A model generated the notes under the pieces. That model saw nothing but the letters and a program-made list of their open reading frames with translations. It was not told the DNA's origin and did no database searches. Positions 12,481 through 22,073 of a stretch of 64,000 nt of DNA are shown here, piece after piece; within the stretch, counting starts at the first letter, position 1; each line of letters starts with the position of its first letter. Source of the DNA: Kiritimatiellia bacterium. Lineage in GTDB: Bacteria > Verrucomicrobiota > Kiritimatiellia > JAAZAB01. Made by a program: the position numbers and the translations under genes. The stretch lies in assembly GCA_040767085.1 (NCBI GenBank), contig JAXGPF010000009.1, forward strand, positions 196,486-260,485, read 5' to 3'.

Positions 12481-13740
12481 TTACAAGCCGCGATCGCGCA
12501 GGAATTTTTCTTCATCCGGCTTACGCCAGCCGGCCACCTTGGCCAGGGGCGTCGGGCGCGCATGGGGATACAGCACAACTTTGCCCTCGACGACCGCGTC
12601 TTTAACCGCCGCCAGGGCCGCCGGGAAGCAGTCCAGGCTGCCAACCATGTCCAGGTGGATGCCCGGGTCAACTTCGCCGGCCGCCACCATGCGCAAGGCC
12701 TCGGCCACATCCGCCGGGCTGCCCCCGCTGGAACCGCAGAGGCGGATTTCGTCATAATGCACTCGCAGGGTATCCAGTTCGATCAGGTGTTCGCCGCGTT
12801 TTAACCCGCCAAACAGGTTCAGGACGCCGCCGCGCGCCAGCCATTGCTGGCTCTCGGTCTGCACCTGCCGCACGCCGACGGCCGCGATAATGTCATCCGC
12901 GCCCCGCCCGCCGCTCAAGTCGCGCACAAGCGCCGGGCCTTCCGCCGCGGTGACGGCATGCAATTGCGTGCCAGCGCGCCGGGCCTTGTCAAACAGTTTG
13001 GCTTGAATCCAGCCCAGCCGCGCCGCGGCAATGTCCATGACCACCAGATGCGCCGGCTGGTAACGCAAGGCCGCCTCGGCATGCAGGCGCCCCATGGGCC
13101 CGGCGCCGATGATCAGCGCCACGCCGCCGCGCAGCAGGCCCAGCCGCGGCACCCGCGGGGCCAACGGCGTTTCCTGGGCAATATGAATGTGGCGGTCCTG
13201 GGCGGAAATCACGCATGAAAGCGGCTCGCACAAGGCGCCGGCAAAAAACGGAATGCCATCATCCGGCAGCGGCACCAGGCAATCGGCCGCGATCGTTTCC
13301 TCGGTGATGAGCATGTACTGCGCCAGGTGCCCGGGCAACGTGTAGCCTACCGCCACCTTGCTCATTCCCTGCGCCCCGCGGCGGTAACGCTCACGGTGGT
13401 TGACCGGCGGATGGTCCACCGCGGGCTGGGTGGCATAGCGCCGGCCGACGGGATACCGGCCCGCCACGTCCCGGCCCGCCTGGACGATGGTCACGCAGCC
13501 TTCATCCCCCAGCGTCACGGGAAAACTGGCCAAATCCCACCCGTTGATGAAAGTATGGTCCTCGCCCTGCGCCACAAGTTTCAGGATGGAAGAACAGACC
13601 CCGGCGGCTTCCACCCGCGCCAGCAACTGGCCGGGCCCCGGCTGCGGGACCGGCACGGTATCCACCTTGATGTTTTCAAATCCGCGCCCATGCAGGCGCA
13701 CCGCCAGCATGGTTTCCGGTATCTGCGCTGGTGTATTCAT
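12481..13740 (-). CDS. Medium-chain (zinc-type) dehydrogenase/reductase, sorbose-1-phosphate reductase-like
   Basis: AGVCSS, TLGDEG (GHE variant), LCEPLSCV, IIGAGPMG Rossmann motif; lacks the structural-Zn Cys cluster. Confidence 0.8.
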   Translation of the reverse strand: MNTPAQIPETMLAVRLHGRGFENIKVDTVPVPQPGPGQLLARVEAAGVCSSILKLVAQGEDHTFINGWDLASFPVTLGDEGCVTIVQAGRDVAGRYPVGRRYATQPAVDHPPVNHRERYRRGAQGMSKVAVGYTLPGHLAQYMLITEETIAADCLVPLPDDGIPFFAGALCEPLSCVISAQDRHIHIAQETPLAPRVPRLGLLRGGVALIIGAGPMGRLHAEAALRYQPAHLVVMDIAAARLGWIQAKLFDKARRAGTQLHAVTAAEGPALVRDLSGGRGADDIIAAVGVRQVQTESQQWLARGGVLNLFGGLKRGEHLIELDTLRVHYDEIRLCGSSGGSPADVAEALRMVAAGEVDPGIHLDMVGSLDCFPAALAAVKDAVVEGKVVLYPHARPTPLAKVAGWRKPDEEKFLRDRGL

Positions 13741-13756
13741 ATCCTTATCGCCGCTC

Positions 13757-15160
13757 CTACTTCTTGCGCCGCGGCGGCGCATGCACGCAATGGCCAAGCG
13801 CCGCATGCGCCGCTTCCATCCAGGCTTCCGACATGGTGGGATGCGCGTGGATCGTCCGGGCTACATCGCGCAAGGTTAATTCCGCCTGCACGGCCATGGC
13901 GGCTTCGGCGATCAATTCCGTCGCGTGCGCGCCGATCGCCTGGGCGCCCAGCACCTGCCCGGTGCCGGCATCGGCAATCCACTTCACGAAACCGGCCGCG
14001 GCATCCGCCGCCAGCGCTTTGCCGAGGGCCGCGAAGCTGAATTTGCCGACTGTCACCGCGCGCGACTGTTGCCGGGCTTCCTGTTCGGTCAACCCCACCG
14101 CGCCAATCTCCGGCGCCGTGAAAATGCACGACGGCGTCACGCCGCGGCGCGCCGGGGGCGCGCCGCGTTCAATGGTTTCAACCGCCGCCAGTCCCTGGGC
14201 GGTGGCGGCATGCGCCAATTGCACTCCGCCATTGACGTCGCCGATGGCGAAAATCCCGGCCACGCTCGTCCGGCAAGCTTCATCCGTCTCGATGTAGCCG
14301 CGCGCATTGGTCCGGACGCCCGCCGCGGCAAGCTCCAGCGCGGCCGTATCCGGCACGCGCCCCACGGCCGCCAGCAGATAATCCGCCGCCAGCCGCTCGC
14401 CGCCGGCTTCCGCCTCCACGCCGCGTTCCGCCCCGGCGGGCGCGACCCGTTCCATTTTAACGCCCGCAAGGATGCGGATTTTAAATTCCTTCTCCATGTG
14501 CCGGCGCAACTCGGAACGCGTATCGCGGTCCAGCATCAACAGGATGTCTTCCAGCATTTCCACCACCGTCACCCGCGCGCCCAATTGCGCGGCCAGGCAT
14601 GCCAGTTCGCACCCGATAATGCCGCCGCCCATGACGATCAGCGAGGCCGGCAAGTCCGTCAACTCCAGAAACGACCGGCTATCCAGCACCGCCGGGTGCC
14701 GCGGCAGAAATCCCGGCCGGGCCGGCACGGTCCCGGTGGCAATGATAACATGCTCCGCCTCCAGGCGGGCTGCTTCGCGGCCGTCATCCAGGACCGCCAC
14801 GCCACGGCGGGATTCGAACCGGCCCGTTCCCCGGTAAACCGATACGCCATGGGCTTTCAGCAATTGCGCAATGCCGTGCTGTAATTGCGACACCACCTGC
14901 CGCTTGCGTTCCGCCATGGCGGCATAATCCGCCTCCGGCGCACCGACCCGCACTCCCATGCGCGCCGCGCGTTGAATTTCATGGAACACGCCCGCCGATG
15001 CCAGCAGGGCCTTGGTGGGTATGCAGCCCCAGTTCAGGCAGGTGCCGCCCAGCGCTTCCCGCTCCACCAGCGCCACACGCATCCCCGCCTGCGCCGCGCG
15101 GATGGCGGCCGGATAGCCGCCCGGACCGGCGCCCAACACCGTCAGATCATATTTTTCCAT
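13757..15160 (-). CDS. lpdA: Dihydrolipoyl dehydrogenase (E3)
   Basis: GAGPGGY, GGTCLNWGCIPTK redox motif, HAHPTMSE. Confidence 0.95.
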   Translation of the reverse strand: MEKYDLTVLGAGPGGYPAAIRAAQAGMRVALVEREALGGTCLNWGCIPTKALLASAGVFHEIQRAARMGVRVGAPEADYAAMAERKRQVVSQLQHGIAQLLKAHGVSVYRGTGRFESRRGVAVLDDGREAARLEAEHVIIATGTVPARPGFLPRHPAVLDSRSFLELTDLPASLIVMGGGIIGCELACLAAQLGARVTVVEMLEDILLMLDRDTRSELRRHMEKEFKIRILAGVKMERVAPAGAERGVEAEAGGERLAADYLLAAVGRVPDTAALELAAAGVRTNARGYIETDEACRTSVAGIFAIGDVNGGVQLAHAATAQGLAAVETIERGAPPARRGVTPSCIFTAPEIGAVGLTEQEARQQSRAVTVGKFSFAALGKALAADAAAGFVKWIADAGTGQVLGAQAIGAHATELIAEAAMAVQAELTLRDVARTIHAHPTMSEAWMEAAHAALGHCVHAPPRRKK

Positions 15161-16467
15161 GCTTCCAAATCCTCAATCAGACTGCGGACTTTGTTGACAA
15201 ACCGCGCGGCCATGGCCCCATCCACCACCCGGTGGTCGGATGACAGCGTAATTTTCATCAGCGATCGGACCGCCACGGCCTCCCCGCGCGCAACCGGCTG
15301 GGACAGCACCGAGGAAACCGCCAGAATGCCGCTCTCGCCGGGATTGATGATCGCGGTGAAATTTTCGACATCCAGCATGCCCATGTTGGAAACGGTGAAG
15401 GTGCCCCCCGTCATTTCATCCGGCGCCAGTTTGCCATCCCGGGCCCGCCCGGCCAATTCCACGATCCGCGCATGCAATTGCGGCAGGCTGAGCCGGTCGG
15501 CCCCGCAAATGACCGGCACCAGCAGGCCGTCGGGCACGGAGACGGCCATGCCCACATTGATCCGGCTGCGCCAGCGGATGGTTTTGCCGTCGGTGCTGCT
15601 GTTCAGCGCGGGGAAATCGCGCAAGGCCAGCGCGACGGCCTTGATGATGCAATCGTTCAGGGAATAATTCCGGCCGGTTTTTTTCATTTCCTTGCGCCAG
15701 CCGAGCAAATCCGTGACATCCACGGAGACTGTGACATAAAAATGCGGGATGCCGGTCGTGCTCTGCAGCATCCGGCGGGCGATGACCTGGCGCATGGAAC
15801 TCAACGGGCGCGGTTTTTCCGCGACGGCCGTCTGAATTTCCGCCACCCCGATCCGCCCGTCGGCATCCGCCGGGACTTCCAGCACGTTGATTTTTTCGCG
15901 CAAGGCCAGTTCCCGGGCCGCCGGCGTCAGGCGCAGTTTGCGGTAACCGCTGGCTTCCATGTAAGCGGTCACGTCCTTTTCGGTAATGCGCGCGCCGGAC
16001 GCCGGCACAGCGCCGGGATCGATCGGCGTTTCCTTCAGCAAACGCCGAGCGCGCGGAGAGTAAGCCCGCCGCGGCGGTTGGGCCGGCATGGCGGCGGGGG
16101 GCGCGGCCGCCGCAACCGGGACGGCGGGCGGCGGCGCGACGGGCGCCGGGGCCGTCGGCGCGGCAGCCGGGACCGCCGGGGCCGGTTGGGTCTTGGCGGC
16201 AGGCGGCGTGATTGCGGGAATCTTCTCGCCCGGTTGTCCGACAAACGCCACCGGGGCGGTTACCGGCACCGTCTGGCCCTCGGACACGACGATGGCCAGC
16301 AGGGTGCCGTCAAAAAAGCTTTCCACCTCCAGCACCGCCTTGTCCGTCTCGATTTCAAACAGCACATCGCCCTTGGCGACCGGATCGCCGACCTGCTTGT
16401 GCCATTTGACGATGGTGGATTCCTCCACGGTCTGCCCGAGCTTGGGCATGATGATGGTGTGCGGCAT
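15142..16467 (-). CDS. Dihydrolipoamide acyltransferase (E2)
   Basis: Lipoyl domain IETDKA, Ala/Pro linker, DHRVVDGA catalytic motif. Confidence 0.93.
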   Translation of the reverse strand: MPHTIIMPKLGQTVEESTIVKWHKQVGDPVAKGDVLFEIETDKAVLEVESFFDGTLLAIVVSEGQTVPVTAPVAFVGQPGEKIPAITPPAAKTQPAPAVPAAAPTAPAPVAPPPAVPVAAAAPPAAMPAQPPRRAYSPRARRLLKETPIDPGAVPASGARITEKDVTAYMEASGYRKLRLTPAARELALREKINVLEVPADADGRIGVAEIQTAVAEKPRPLSSMRQVIARRMLQSTTGIPHFYVTVSVDVTDLLGWRKEMKKTGRNYSLNDCIIKAVALALRDFPALNSSTDGKTIRWRSRINVGMAVSVPDGLLVPVICGADRLSLPQLHARIVELAGRARDGKLAPDEMTGGTFTVSNMGMLDVENFTAIINPGESGILAVSSVLSQPVARGEAVAVRSLMKITLSSDHRVVDGAMAARFVNKVRSLIEDLEAWKNMI

Positions 16468-16484
16468 GATATTTTCCCCCCTCC

Positions 16485-18773
16485 TTATCCCAGCACCGCG
16501 CGCGCCGCCGCGACAATGTCGCCGGCATTCGGCAGGAAGGCGGCTTCCAGGATGTGGGATTGCGGCGCAATGCCGTTCTTGGCGTCCACCCGCAGCACCG
16601 GGGCGTCGAGGAAATCAAAAGCCCGCTCCATGATCGTGGAGGCGATTTCCCCGGTAAAGCTGCCGTTATGCACGCACTGGCTGGCCACCACGCACCGGCC
16701 GGTTTTCCGCACCGACGTCAGCACGGTTTCGATGTCCAGCGGCACCAGGCTCCGCAGGTCCACCACCTCGGCCGATTTGCCCTCCGCCGCCAGGGTCTCC
16801 GCCGCGCGCAAGGCGTCGTGCAAGGCGGGCCCCCAGGCGACAATGGTCAAGTCCTGGCCCGGACGCTTGACCTCGGCCTGCCCGAGCGGCACCAGGTAAT
16901 CATCCTCCGGCACAACGCCCTTGGTGTTGTAAAGCAACTGCGATTCCACAAAGAGCACCGGGTTGTTGTCGCGGATGGCGCTCTTGAGCATGCCCTTGGC
17001 ATCGTAGGGCGTCGCGGGATATGCCACGTATATGCCGGGGATATGCGCAAACATCGATTCCAGCGTCTGCGAATGCTGGCCGCCATAGCCCTTGCCGCCC
17101 CCGACGGAGGCGCGAATCACCAGCGGCAACTCGACGTTGGCGCCGGACATGTAGTGCCACTTGGCCGCCTGGTTGCCGATTTGATCCGAAGCCATCAGGG
17201 CGAAATCCATGTACATCAATTCCACCACCGGGCGCAATCCCGCCATGGAAGCGCCGACGGAAGTGCCGCAGATGGCGGCCTCGGAAATCGGCGTATTGAA
17301 AACGCGCTCCCGGCCGAAGGCTTCCAGCAGGCCCTTGGTGACCTTGAAGGCCCCGCCGTAGTCGGCCACATCCTCGCCGTAAAGCATCACCCGGCGGTCG
17401 CGCAGCATTTCCTGCACCATGGCTTCCTTGAGCGCATCCTTGTAGGTCAATTCACCGGCAGCCGTGCGCTTGATTTCAGGGAGCTCCAGCGCGATCGGGC
17501 TGTGCTGGAATTCCGCCGGCACGGTTTTGGCCGCGGTGTCGGTGTAAATGTACTTGATCACATCCGCCGGGGAAGGATCGGGCGCGGCGGCGGCGCGCTG
17601 GGCGGCGCGCGCGTTGCGCTCGCTGACCTTGCGCTCCAGGCCGGCTATTTCCGCTTCCTGCAACACGCCCGCCGCCAATAGCTGGGCGCGATAAACGGCG
17701 ATCGGATCCACGGCCTTCCACGCGGCTTCTTCATCGCGCGTGCGGTATTCCGTGCGGGGATCGGTCAGGGAATGGCCGTAGTAACGATAAGTATCCAGTT
17801 CCACCAGGCAGGGTCCTTCACCCGCCCGGCAGCGGTCCGCGGCCCGCCGGATGGAGTCCAGCACGGCCAGGACATCCATCCCGTTGACCACCTCGGCGTG
17901 CATGTTGTTATTCGCGAAGCCCGCGGCGCGGCGCGCCAGGCGGGTAACGCCGGCCACCTCTTTTTCCGCCCTTCCGGTCATGCCGTAATGGTTGTTCAGC
18001 ATGATGAAAACAATCGGCAAGCCGCGCGGCTTGCGGGACATTTCATTGGCGAACTGGCTCATGGCCGCCCAATTCAGCGATTCCAGGACCACGCCGTTGG
18101 CATAGGCGCCGTCGCCGGCGAAACAGCAGACAATCCGGCCGTTTTCCAGGTAACGGCAGGCGGTGGCCGCGCCGGCGGCGATCGGCACGCCGCCGCCGAC
18201 AATGGCGTTGGCGCCCAGGTGCTGCAGGGTAAAATCGGCGATGTGCATCCCGCCGCCGCGCCCGCGGCAGTAGCCGGTTTCCTTGCCGAACAACTCGGCA
18301 ATCGTGCGGTAAATATGATCTTCCAGGACGGCCTCCAGCAAATCATCGTCGCCGCCGCGGTAATCCGGCACGCGCTGGCGCAGCCGCTCCGGCGGCAGGG
18401 CGCGGATCGCCGAGCAGCCCTTGGCGATGCTGTCGCCGTGCCCGCGGTGCGTGCTGGTGATGTAATCCGTGGGGGCCATGGCGGCGCAGGCCCCGGTCGA
18501 AGCCGCTTCCTGCCCGATCGACACATGCGTCGGGCCGCGGTAATTATAATCGGGCAAGGGCGTGTAGGCGCCGGAACGCAGCTTGACAATCATCTCTTCA
18601 AACTCGCGGATGGTCAGCATGTCTTCCAGCAGGCGCGCCGCCGCGGCGCGGTCCAACCGCCCCGCCTGCATTTCACCGGCCAGATCGCCGTTGAAAGTAT
18701 AACAGGGGATTTTTCCGCAATCTATGACCATCGGCTTGAAAACCGGCCGCATGTCGCTTAAATAATGTGGCAT
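16485..18773 (-). CDS. Fused E1 alpha/beta 2-oxoacid (pyruvate/acetoin-type) dehydrogenase
   Basis: STHRGHG, GDGA TPP motif, TYRYYGHS, then the beta domain (GEDV, NTPISE, GQHSQ). Confidence 0.9.
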   Translation of the reverse strand: MPHYLSDMRPVFKPMVIDCGKIPCYTFNGDLAGEMQAGRLDRAAAARLLEDMLTIREFEEMIVKLRSGAYTPLPDYNYRGPTHVSIGQEAASTGACAAMAPTDYITSTHRGHGDSIAKGCSAIRALPPERLRQRVPDYRGGDDDLLEAVLEDHIYRTIAELFGKETGYCRGRGGGMHIADFTLQHLGANAIVGGGVPIAAGAATACRYLENGRIVCCFAGDGAYANGVVLESLNWAAMSQFANEMSRKPRGLPIVFIMLNNHYGMTGRAEKEVAGVTRLARRAAGFANNNMHAEVVNGMDVLAVLDSIRRAADRCRAGEGPCLVELDTYRYYGHSLTDPRTEYRTRDEEAAWKAVDPIAVYRAQLLAAGVLQEAEIAGLERKVSERNARAAQRAAAAPDPSPADVIKYIYTDTAAKTVPAEFQHSPIALELPEIKRTAAGELTYKDALKEAMVQEMLRDRRVMLYGEDVADYGGAFKVTKGLLEAFGRERVFNTPISEAAICGTSVGASMAGLRPVVELMYMDFALMASDQIGNQAAKWHYMSGANVELPLVIRASVGGGKGYGGQHSQTLESMFAHIPGIYVAYPATPYDAKGMLKSAIRDNNPVLFVESQLLYNTKGVVPEDDYLVPLGQAEVKRPGQDLTIVAWGPALHDALRAAETLAAEGKSAEVVDLRSLVPLDIETVLTSVRKTGRCVVASQCVHNGSFTGEIASTIMERAFDFLDAPVLRVDAKNGIAPQSHILEAAFLPNAGDIVAAARAVLG

Positions 18774-18843
18774 TATATATTCCTCAGGATTAGTTTAAAA
18801 ATCGGATGGCGCAGCGCCGGCCGGCCGCGCCGCAATCCGGCGG

Positions 18844-18886
18844 AAAAAGGCGCAGGCGGCAACCCCGGGGGATTGCCGCCTTCGCC
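18844..18886 (-). terminator. Probable intrinsic terminator after rpoZ
   Basis: GGCGGCAA/TTGCCGCC stem followed on the minus strand by TTTTT. Confidence 0.55.
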
Positions 18887-18916
18887 AGAACACCGCGCCG
18901 CGCGATTTCGCCGCGC

Positions 18917-19123
18917 TTAAGCGCCGGCAAAATCTATCTCCGCGACGATTTTGCCATCCGCAACTTCGCGCAGGGAGATGTCTTCCAGTTCCTCGTCGGA
19001 ATCCGGCTTGAGCAATGGACGCTGACCGGCGATCAATTGGCGCACCCGCATGGAGATCATATTGATCAGCACGGACGTGCCTGGCACCCGATGTTTGGCA
19101 GTTTGCAACAAATCAGTCTGCAT
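18917..19123 (-). CDS. rpoZ: RNA polymerase omega subunit-like protein
   Basis: 68 aa: LINMISMRVRQLIAGQRPLL...DISLREVADGKI fits the omega pattern (R.RQL..G..P; ALxEIxxGK). Confidence 0.8.
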   Translation of the reverse strand: MQTDLLQTAKHRVPGTSVLINMISMRVRQLIAGQRPLLKPDSDEELEDISLREVADGKIVAEIDFAGA

Positions 19124-19228
19124 ACGCAACAACCTCCGTAAAAAACCTGATACATTATGCATAAGCCGCGCCGTATTTCAAGTTGTTTTTCAATTAATCT
19201 TTCCCCGGCGAAACGCCGCACTTCCTGT

Positions 19229-19257
19229 TTGACGCGCCGGCGGCGATCCGTTATATT
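19229..19257 (+). promoter_or_regulatory. Sigma70-like promoter of the ABC operon
   Basis: TTGACG-N17-TATATT. Confidence 0.55.
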
Positions 19258-19332
19258 TGCGCGCATCGTTCGGCGACAACCCCAAGCGCGGAAAACCAGC
19301 GCCCGGCCATCCAACCGCGGCAAATCAAAACC

Positions 19333-20133
19333 ATGAAAAACTTTCACCCGGCCATGCGGCTTCGCCCATGCCTTGCATTGTCATTGCCGCTGGCACTCCT
19401 GCTGTTTTGCGGCTGCGCCGCCAAGCGCGAGCGCATCATGGATATCGCACAGCTTCACGACAAGGAATTCGCCGTGCCGGCCGGCACGGTGGCCGATCAA
19501 CTGGTGCTCTCGCGCTTCCCCCGCGCCCGGTTCAAATACTTCAACAGCGTCATGGACGCCTGTATGGCCGTCCAAGCCGGCAAGGCGGATGCCGCGGCCT
19601 ACGACGAGCCGATCCTGCGCAATTTTGCCGCCATCCATCCCGGTCTCAAGGTGCTGCCCGGCATGATCACGGTGGATCAATACGGCTTTGCCGTGCGCCC
19701 GGCCGACACCCGGCTGAAACAGGCGATCGACGGAGTCTTAACCGAATTGAAAGCCAGCGGCGAGTACGACCGGATGCTCGCGCGCTGGCTGCCGGCCCGG
19801 GGCGCGCCCGGGCCGATGCCGGACTTCGCCGCCGGCGGCGGCCAGGGCGTGTTGCGCTTCGGGACTTCGGCGGTGACGGAGCCCTTTTCCTTCATGGACG
19901 GCAAACGCAATGTGGTCGGACTTGACATTGAACTGGCGCGCCATTTTGCGCGCAAATTGGAGATGCAACTGGAAGTGGTGAACATGGAATTCGGGGGCAT
20001 GATTCCAGCCCTGGCCGCCGGCAAGGTGGATGTCATCGGCGCCTGCATCACCATCACGCCCGAGCGGGCCAAGCAGGTGCTCTTCTCGGATTCCTATTAC
20101 ACCGGCGGCATCGCGGCCATGGTCAGGGAATAG
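19333..20133 (+). CDS. Polar amino-acid ABC substrate-binding lipoprotein (circularly permuted family-3 SBP)
   Basis: Lipobox-like LFCGC; GLDIELA, GKVDVI..ITITPER, FSDSYY. Confidence 0.88.
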   Translation: MKNFHPAMRLRPCLALSLPLALLLFCGCAAKRERIMDIAQLHDKEFAVPAGTVADQLVLSRFPRARFKYFNSVMDACMAVQAGKADAAAYDEPILRNFAAIHPGLKVLPGMITVDQYGFAVRPADTRLKQAIDGVLTELKASGEYDRMLARWLPARGAPGPMPDFAAGGGQGVLRFGTSAVTEPFSFMDGKRNVVGLDIELARHFARKLEMQLEVVNMEFGGMIPALAAGKVDVIGACITITPERAKQVLFSDSYYTGGIAAMVRE

Positions 20134-20205
20134 CCGCCGCAAATTCAAAACCAATCATCTCCGGCGCAGAGCGCGGCGGCATGCAGCGCGGGCGGCGATA
20201 CCAAA

Positions 20206-20895
20206 ATGCACAACACCTGGATTGAAGGCTTTTACCGCAATGTGCTCCACGAACAGCGTTACCTGTTGATTCTGGACGGCATCAAGACCACGGCCGAAAT
20301 TTCGATCTGGGCGCTCCTCCTGGGCACGGCCCTGGGCATCCTGGTCTGCCGCCTGCGCATGGCGCGCTCCCCCTGGCTGGCCCTGCCCGCCCGGGCCTTT
20401 ATCGCCGTCATGCGGGGCGTGCCGCTGCTGGTCATCCTGATGATCAACTTTTACGTGGTTTTTGCCGCCGTTAATATTGATGCCGTCCATGTGGCCATTT
20501 TGACCTTCGGCTGCAATTTTGCAGCCTATGTCGCCGAAATCTACCGCGCCGGCATTGTCAGCGTTGACCGGGGCCAAACCGAGGCAGGGCTGGCCCTGGG
20601 GTTTACCCGGATGCAGACCTTTGTGTATATCGTCGCGCCGCAAGCTTTGCGCTACATCCTCCCGGTTTATAAAGGCGAAGCGATTTCCATGATTAAAATG
20701 ACCTCCGTGGTCGGTTATATCGCCGTGCAGGATCTGACCCGGGCGGCGGACATCATCCGCAGCCGCACCTTCGACGCATTTTTCCCCCTGATCATGGTGG
20801 CTATCCTCTATTTTCTCTTTGCCTGGCTGCTGCTGGCCGCGCTCACCGGATTGGAGGCGCGCCTGCATGCCGGACGTTCGGGGCGGCGGAGTTGA
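20206..20895 (+). CDS. Polar amino-acid ABC permease
   Basis: RGVPLLV, AYVAEIYRAGI, GQTEAGLALG (EAA motif). Confidence 0.92.
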   Translation: MHNTWIEGFYRNVLHEQRYLLILDGIKTTAEISIWALLLGTALGILVCRLRMARSPWLALPARAFIAVMRGVPLLVILMINFYVVFAAVNIDAVHVAILTFGCNFAAYVAEIYRAGIVSVDRGQTEAGLALGFTRMQTFVYIVAPQALRYILPVYKGEAISMIKMTSVVGYIAVQDLTRAADIIRSRTFDAFFPLIMVAILYFLFAWLLLAALTGLEARLHAGRSGRRS

Positions 20896-20899
20896 AACA

Positions 20900-22021
20900 A
20901 TGATCCGGATACTGAACCTGACCAAGTCTTTCGGCGCCGAGCGCGTTTTGAGAGGCGTCACCGAAACCATCCGGCCCGGCGAAGTGATTGCCGTCATCGG
21001 CCCCTCCGGCTCGGGCAAAAGCACGCTCTTGCGCTGCATCAACCTGCTCGAACGTCCGGATGGCGGGGAAATCCTGGTGGACGGCCGGAATATCCTCGCG
21101 CCGGACGCCAACCAGGCGCGCGTCCGGCGGAAAATCGGCATGGTGTTCCAGTCCTTCCACCTTTTCCCCCACCTCACCGCGCTGGAAAATGTCGCCATCG
21201 GACCGGAGAAAATCCTGCGGCAGCCCCGCCGCGCGGCGCTGGCGCGGGGGCGGGAATTGCTCGCAATGGTCGGCCTGGCCGGCAAGACCGCGAGCATGCC
21301 CAGCATGCTTTCCGGCGGCCAGCAACAACGCGTGGCCATCGCGCGCTGCCTGGCCATGGATCCCGACGCCATCCTGTTCGACGAACCGACTTCCGCGCTG
21401 GACCCCGCCATGATCAGCGAAGTGCTGGCGGTCATCCGCCGCCTCGCCCGGGATGGCATGACCATGATGATCGTCACCCACGAATTGAATTTCGCCCGGG
21501 ACGTCGCCAGCCGGATATGCTACATGGACGAGGGAGTAATTTACGAATCCGGGCCGCCCGCCCGGATCATGGACAATGCCGCGCGCGAAAAAACCCGCGC
21601 CTTCATCAACCGGCTGCGCAATTTCAGCTATCGCATCGACAGCCAGAATTTCGACGCCTTCGCCATGAACGCCGCGATCGAATCCTTTTGCGAGAAGCAC
21701 TTCTTCAGCCCTAAATTGATCCAGCACACCCTGTTGGCGGTGGAAGAATCGCTGGCTTTGCATTTCGCCCGGCCGGACCCGGCCGCCATCAATGTGACCA
21801 TATCCTACGCCGAAAAATCGGGGACAGTCGAGATCTGCTTCGACGACCGCCAGCCGCTGCACAATTTTCTCGAGGACACCGGCGCGCATGACGGGCTGGA
21901 ATTGAAAATTCTGCGCGGCATCGCCCACGACGTCGCCTGGGAGCCCCTGGCCGATGGCAACCGCGTGCGGCTGACCCTGAATGCCGTCAACCGAGGCCTG
22001 CCCGAGACGGACGGAAAATGA
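20900..22021 (+). CDS. Polar amino-acid ABC ATPase with ~130-aa C-terminal extension
   Basis: GPSGSGKS, LSGGQQQR, LFDEPTSALDP, VTHE. Confidence 0.92.
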   Translation: MIRILNLTKSFGAERVLRGVTETIRPGEVIAVIGPSGSGKSTLLRCINLLERPDGGEILVDGRNILAPDANQARVRRKIGMVFQSFHLFPHLTALENVAIGPEKILRQPRRAALARGRELLAMVGLAGKTASMPSMLSGGQQQRVAIARCLAMDPDAILFDEPTSALDPAMISEVLAVIRRLARDGMTMMIVTHELNFARDVASRICYMDEGVIYESGPPARIMDNAAREKTRAFINRLRNFSYRIDSQNFDAFAMNAAIESFCEKHFFSPKLIQHTLLAVEESLALHFARPDPAAINVTISYAEKSGTVEICFDDRQPLHNFLEDTGAHDGLELKILRGIAHDVAWEPLADGNRVRLTLNAVNRGLPETDGK

Positions 22022-22073
22022 TTGGGCGCATTTTTGATGGAGCCGGGACGGGCGCCCCATGCGGCCGCCGCCG

